Position numbers and translations under genes: made by a program. Positions 24,731-27,528 of a stretch of DNA of 27,528 bases are shown piece after piece (positions within the stretch are counted from its first letter, which is position 1; each line of letters starts with the position of its first letter). This stretch comes from Armatimonadota bacterium (GTDB lineage Bacteria; Armatimonadota; Zipacnadia; Zipacnadales; UBA5352): positions 1 to 27,528 of the forward strand of contig JAYENL010000220.1 in NCBI GenBank assembly GCA_034722055.1. Reading direction: 5' to 3'. A model generated the notes under the pieces. It was not told the origin of the DNA, did not search any database, and saw only the letters and a program-made list of their open reading frames with translations.

Positions 24731-27526
24731 TCAGGAGTCTGCGCTGACGCTCTCGCGCTGCTCAGTCACATCCCGCCCCAGGGCGACGGAGCCGATGGAG
24801 CTGCCATCCTCGTCGTCGATGAGCCTGTGGGAGTTCCACGAGATGACGCGCTCGGTGCCATCCTTGCGGCGGATGATGGTCTCCCAGTTCTCGGCCATGC
24901 GGGCGCCGGCGATGACCGAGGTCATCATGTGGGTGACCTCCCGGCGGTAGCGCTCGTCGGGATACAGCCACTCCCAGACCTCATCGTGGCCCACCACCTC
25001 CTCGCGCGAGTATCCGCTGATCTCCTCGGCGGCGCGGTTCCACAGCACCACGTTCGCCTGCCTGTCGAGTGCCATCAGCCACACGTTGGCCTGTTCGATG
25101 AGGGAGTGGCGGAACTGCCGGAACTTCGCGAGGCTCTCCTCCGCGCTGCGGTGCTCGATGGTCTCGCCGATGCGCTTGGCGATGGTGTCGAGCAGCTCCC
25201 GCTCCTCGGCGGTGAACGGTCCCTCGAGGACCTCCGGGCGCTCCTCGTGGTAGCGGACCTCTATCTCGCCCACCGCCTCGGCGTTGACGGCGATCTCAGC
25301 GCTCTGGGTGGCGACGGGCGGGTAGGGGGATTCGCCGGCCTCGCGCTGGCGGTCCCAGACCCTGATGCGGGCGGTGGTGATGCCGGGGTGACGCCAGGCC
25401 GGAGGGATGGCGGCAACGGCGCCGGAGAGTATCTCGGTCAGCGTCAGGGCCGGATCCTCGCACAGGCGCCACACGGCGCACAGGCAGCGGAACTTCTTCA
25501 CCTGATCGCTGGCCTGAGTCCATCTGCGCTCCAGCGACTCCTGCTGCTGGGCGCGGTCGGTGATGTCGTAGCCGACGGCCAGGATGCTCTCCAGCTCGCG
25601 GTTCTCATCGCGGGCGTTGGCGGTAGACCATGAGATTATGCGCTGCTCGCCGCCGGCGGTCTGCACGACCAACGCCCTGTCTTCGAGGTCACCGCCGGCG
25701 CGCATGGCGCCAAGCACGTCAGGGAGCTGCTCCTGCAGCTCGCCGGGGAAGAGCGTCTCCCACCAGTTGCGATCGATAAGCCGCTCGGGCTCGTAACCGA
25801 GAATCTCCTCGCAGCTCCCGTAGACGGCCTTGGTTGTGCCGTCGGCCATGATCTCTGCGACCACCGCCGGGGCGCGGCTCAGAACAGTCGCGGCCCGCCG
25901 CCGCTCCTGCTCAACCGTCTCCTTCGCCGCCTCCAGCGCAGAGATGTCCATCATCGCCCCGATGATGCCGACGATCTTGCCCTCCGCCTCCCGGTGGGCT
26001 TCCTTACGGAAGGCATACAGGCGCCTGTCGCCATCCGCGCACGCTACCGTCGCCTCGTAGGCGACCTCGCCGCCTCGCATGAGCACGTCGCGGTCACGGT
26101 GCTTGAGTGGCTCCGAGACTCCTCCGGGGATCTGCTCCTCCAGCTCTCTCAGCGTCCTGCCGATAAGCTGCTCGCGAGGGAGGCCGAGGATGCGCTGGGC
26201 GAAGGCCTCGTTGCAGCTCTGGATACGCCCCTCCTCGTCGAAGAAGAACACCGGATACGGGATTCCGTCCAGCACCGCGCGCAGGTACGGGGCGCCCTCC
26301 TCCGCCCGGCGCTCTGCCTCTCCCAGTCGCTCCGCCATGCGATCGAGCTCAGCCCGAAGGTCCCCATCCTCGGCAGCCTCTACCTGCTTGAGCCGCTCCT
26401 CGAGCGCTTCCGCCTCCGCCAGCGACTGCGCGATCTCAGTCTCGTACTCCTCCCGCGCCAGCTTTCGCGCCTCGGCGGCCCTGTGCTCGGCGTCCTCGAG
26501 CTTCTCCTGCAACTCGTCGATGGTGGCCTGCTGCTCGGCGAGCGCCTTCTCCCGGGCCTCCGCAGCGCGGCGCTCGGCATCCTGGAGTTGTGCCGACAGG
26601 TCGTCTATCGTCGCCTGCTTCTCGGCCAGGGCGGCCTCACGGGCCTCCTGCACGCGGCGCTCGGCACTCGCCAGCTCGGACGACATCGCGGCCGCCCGTG
26701 CAGCGAACTCCTCCCGTGCCGCCTCCCGGGCCTGCTCCCGTGCCTCCTCGATCCGCTCCTCGTCCTCCGCAAGCTGCGCCTGCAGCTCCTCGATCCTCTC
26801 CTGCTGCTCGGCCAGGGCGCTCTCCCGTGCCTCCTGAGCGCGGCGGTCAGCATCGGCCAGTTGGCTCTTGAGGCTCTCGATCTCCTCTTGCTGCTCGGCG
26901 AGAGCGGCCTGCCGCGCCTGCTCGGCCCGCTCTTCCACCGCCGCAAGCTGCGCCTGGAGCTCGTCGATCGTCCCCTGCTGCTCGGCCAGGGCGCCCTGAC
27001 GGGCCTGCTCAACCCGCTCCTCCGCCTCTGCGAGCTGTGACTGGAGCTCCTTGATCTCCTGCCGCTGCTCCGCGAGGGCGCTCTCCCGTGCCTCCTGAGC
27101 GCGGCGGTCAGCATCGGCCAGTTGGCTCTTGAGGCTCTCCATCTCCTCTTGCTGCTCGGCGAGAGCGGCCTGCCGCGCCTGCTCGGCCCGCTCCTCCGTC
27201 TCTGCAAGCTGCGCCTGGAGCTCGTCGATCTTCCCCTGCTGCTCGGCCAGGGCGCCCTGACGGGCCTGCTCAACCCGCTCCTCCGCCTCTGCGAGTTGTG
27301 ACTGGAGCTGCTCGATCTCCTCCCGCTGCTCGGCCAGGGCGCTCTCGCGTGCCTCCTGGGCGCGGCGGTCGGCCTCCGCCAGTTGGCTCCGAAGGCTCTC
27401 GATCTCCTCTTGCTGCTCGGCGCGGGCGGCCTGGCGTGCTTGCTCAACCCGCTCTTCCGCCGCCGCAACCTGCGCTTCCAGCTCGTCGATCTCTCCCTGC
27501 TGGTCGGCGACAGCGATCTCACGGGC
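24731..27526 (-). CDS. Partial (5'-truncated) sensor protein: long repetitive coiled coil followed by PAS-PAS-GAF-like-PAS; no output domain in view
   Basis: The frame stays open beyond the ORF-track start (27142) to the window edge (AREIAVADQQGEIDELEAQ...). PAS/PAC motifs: CNEAF..LGLPREQLIGR..DIS; LGYEPERLIDRNW..GYDITDR; WNRAAEEISGYSREEVVG..GRDVTE. GAF-like motif: IPPAWRHP..ARI..GPFTAEERELL. Confidence 0.9.
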   Translation of the reverse strand, partial: AREIAVADQQGEIDELEAQVAAAEERVEQARQAARAEQQEEIESLRSQLAEADRRAQEARESALAEQREEIEQLQSQLAEAEERVEQARQGALAEQQGKIDELQAQLAETEERAEQARQAALAEQQEEMESLKSQLADADRRAQEARESALAEQRQEIKELQSQLAEAEERVEQARQGALAEQQGTIDELQAQLAAVEERAEQARQAALAEQQEEIESLKSQLADADRRAQEARESALAEQQERIEELQAQLAEDEERIEEAREQAREAAREEFAARAAAMSSELASAERRVQEAREAALAEKQATIDDLSAQLQDAERRAAEAREKALAEQQATIDELQEKLEDAEHRAAEARKLAREEYETEIAQSLAEAEALEERLKQVEAAEDGDLRAELDRMAERLGEAERRAEEGAPYLRAVLDGIPYPVFFFDEEGRIQSCNEAFAQRILGLPREQLIGRTLRELEEQIPGGVSEPLKHRDRDVLMRGGEVAYEATVACADGDRRLYAFRKEAHREAEGKIVGIIGAMMDISALEAAKETVEQERRRAATVLSRAPAVVAEIMADGTTKAVYGSCEEILGYEPERLIDRNWWETLFPGELQEQLPDVLGAMRAGGDLEDRALVVQTAGGEQRIISWSTANARDENRELESILAVGYDITDRAQQQESLERRWTQASDQVKKFRCLCAVWRLCEDPALTLTEILSGAVAAIPPAWRHPGITTARIRVWDRQREAGESPYPPVATQSAEIAVNAEAVGEIEVRYHEERPEVLEGPFTAEERELLDTIAKRIGETIEHRSAEESLAKFRQFRHSLIEQANVWLMALDRQANVVLWNRAAEEISGYSREEVVGHDEVWEWLYPDERYRREVTHMMTSVIAGARMAENWETIIRRKDGTERVISWNSHRLIDDEDGSSIGSVALGRDVTEQRESVSADS

Positions 27527-27528
27527 CT
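26450..27528 (-). repeat. 87-bp (29-aa) coding tandem repeat with a 261-bp higher-order period
   Basis: The unit is roughly ALAEQQxEIxELQxQLAEAEERAEQARQx. The landmark TTGGCTC recurs at 26861, 27122 and 27383 (261 bp apart). Units degenerate towards ~26450. Confidence 0.92.

Noticed and set aside
26450..27528. CRISPR array
   Set aside because: The repeats are contiguous in-frame coding units without unique spacers, and no cas genes are present.

Overview
High-GC (roughly 70% by eye) bacterial DNA. The protein families suggest Armatimonadota or a PVC-type lineage, which is an inference. Most of the window is a PUL-like carbohydrate-processing neighbourhood. It has eight complete signal-peptide-bearing proteins: GH114/GHL15-like, GHL6-like, six-hairpin-glycosidase-like, two GH42-like paralogues, two CBM9-like proteins and one unknown beta-rich protein. 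A DUF6785/DUF6784 (OPT-like) membrane protein sits among them. A partial hypothetical gene lies at the left edge, and a partial coiled-coil/PAS/GAF sensor with a 29-aa repeat lies at the right edge. Four observations stand out. (1) The three small proteins of the 13.9-24.7 kb operon end in a helical region capped by the same W-x-[IVM]-R-[FW]-x-x-L-[LF] tail, and they are encoded after giant paralogues that share an N-terminal '[ST]PHxxW[AG][KR]PY' module; this is a candidate docking or sorting system. (2) A densely structured, multi-domain ~390-nt non-coding segment lies upstream of the DUF6785 gene. (3) A ~111-bp MITE/REP-like insertion is flanked by direct repeats. (4) A 15-bp tandem repeat abuts the operon RBS. 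No rRNA, tRNA, CRISPR array or transposase was seen. Family assignments come from motif recognition, not database searches.
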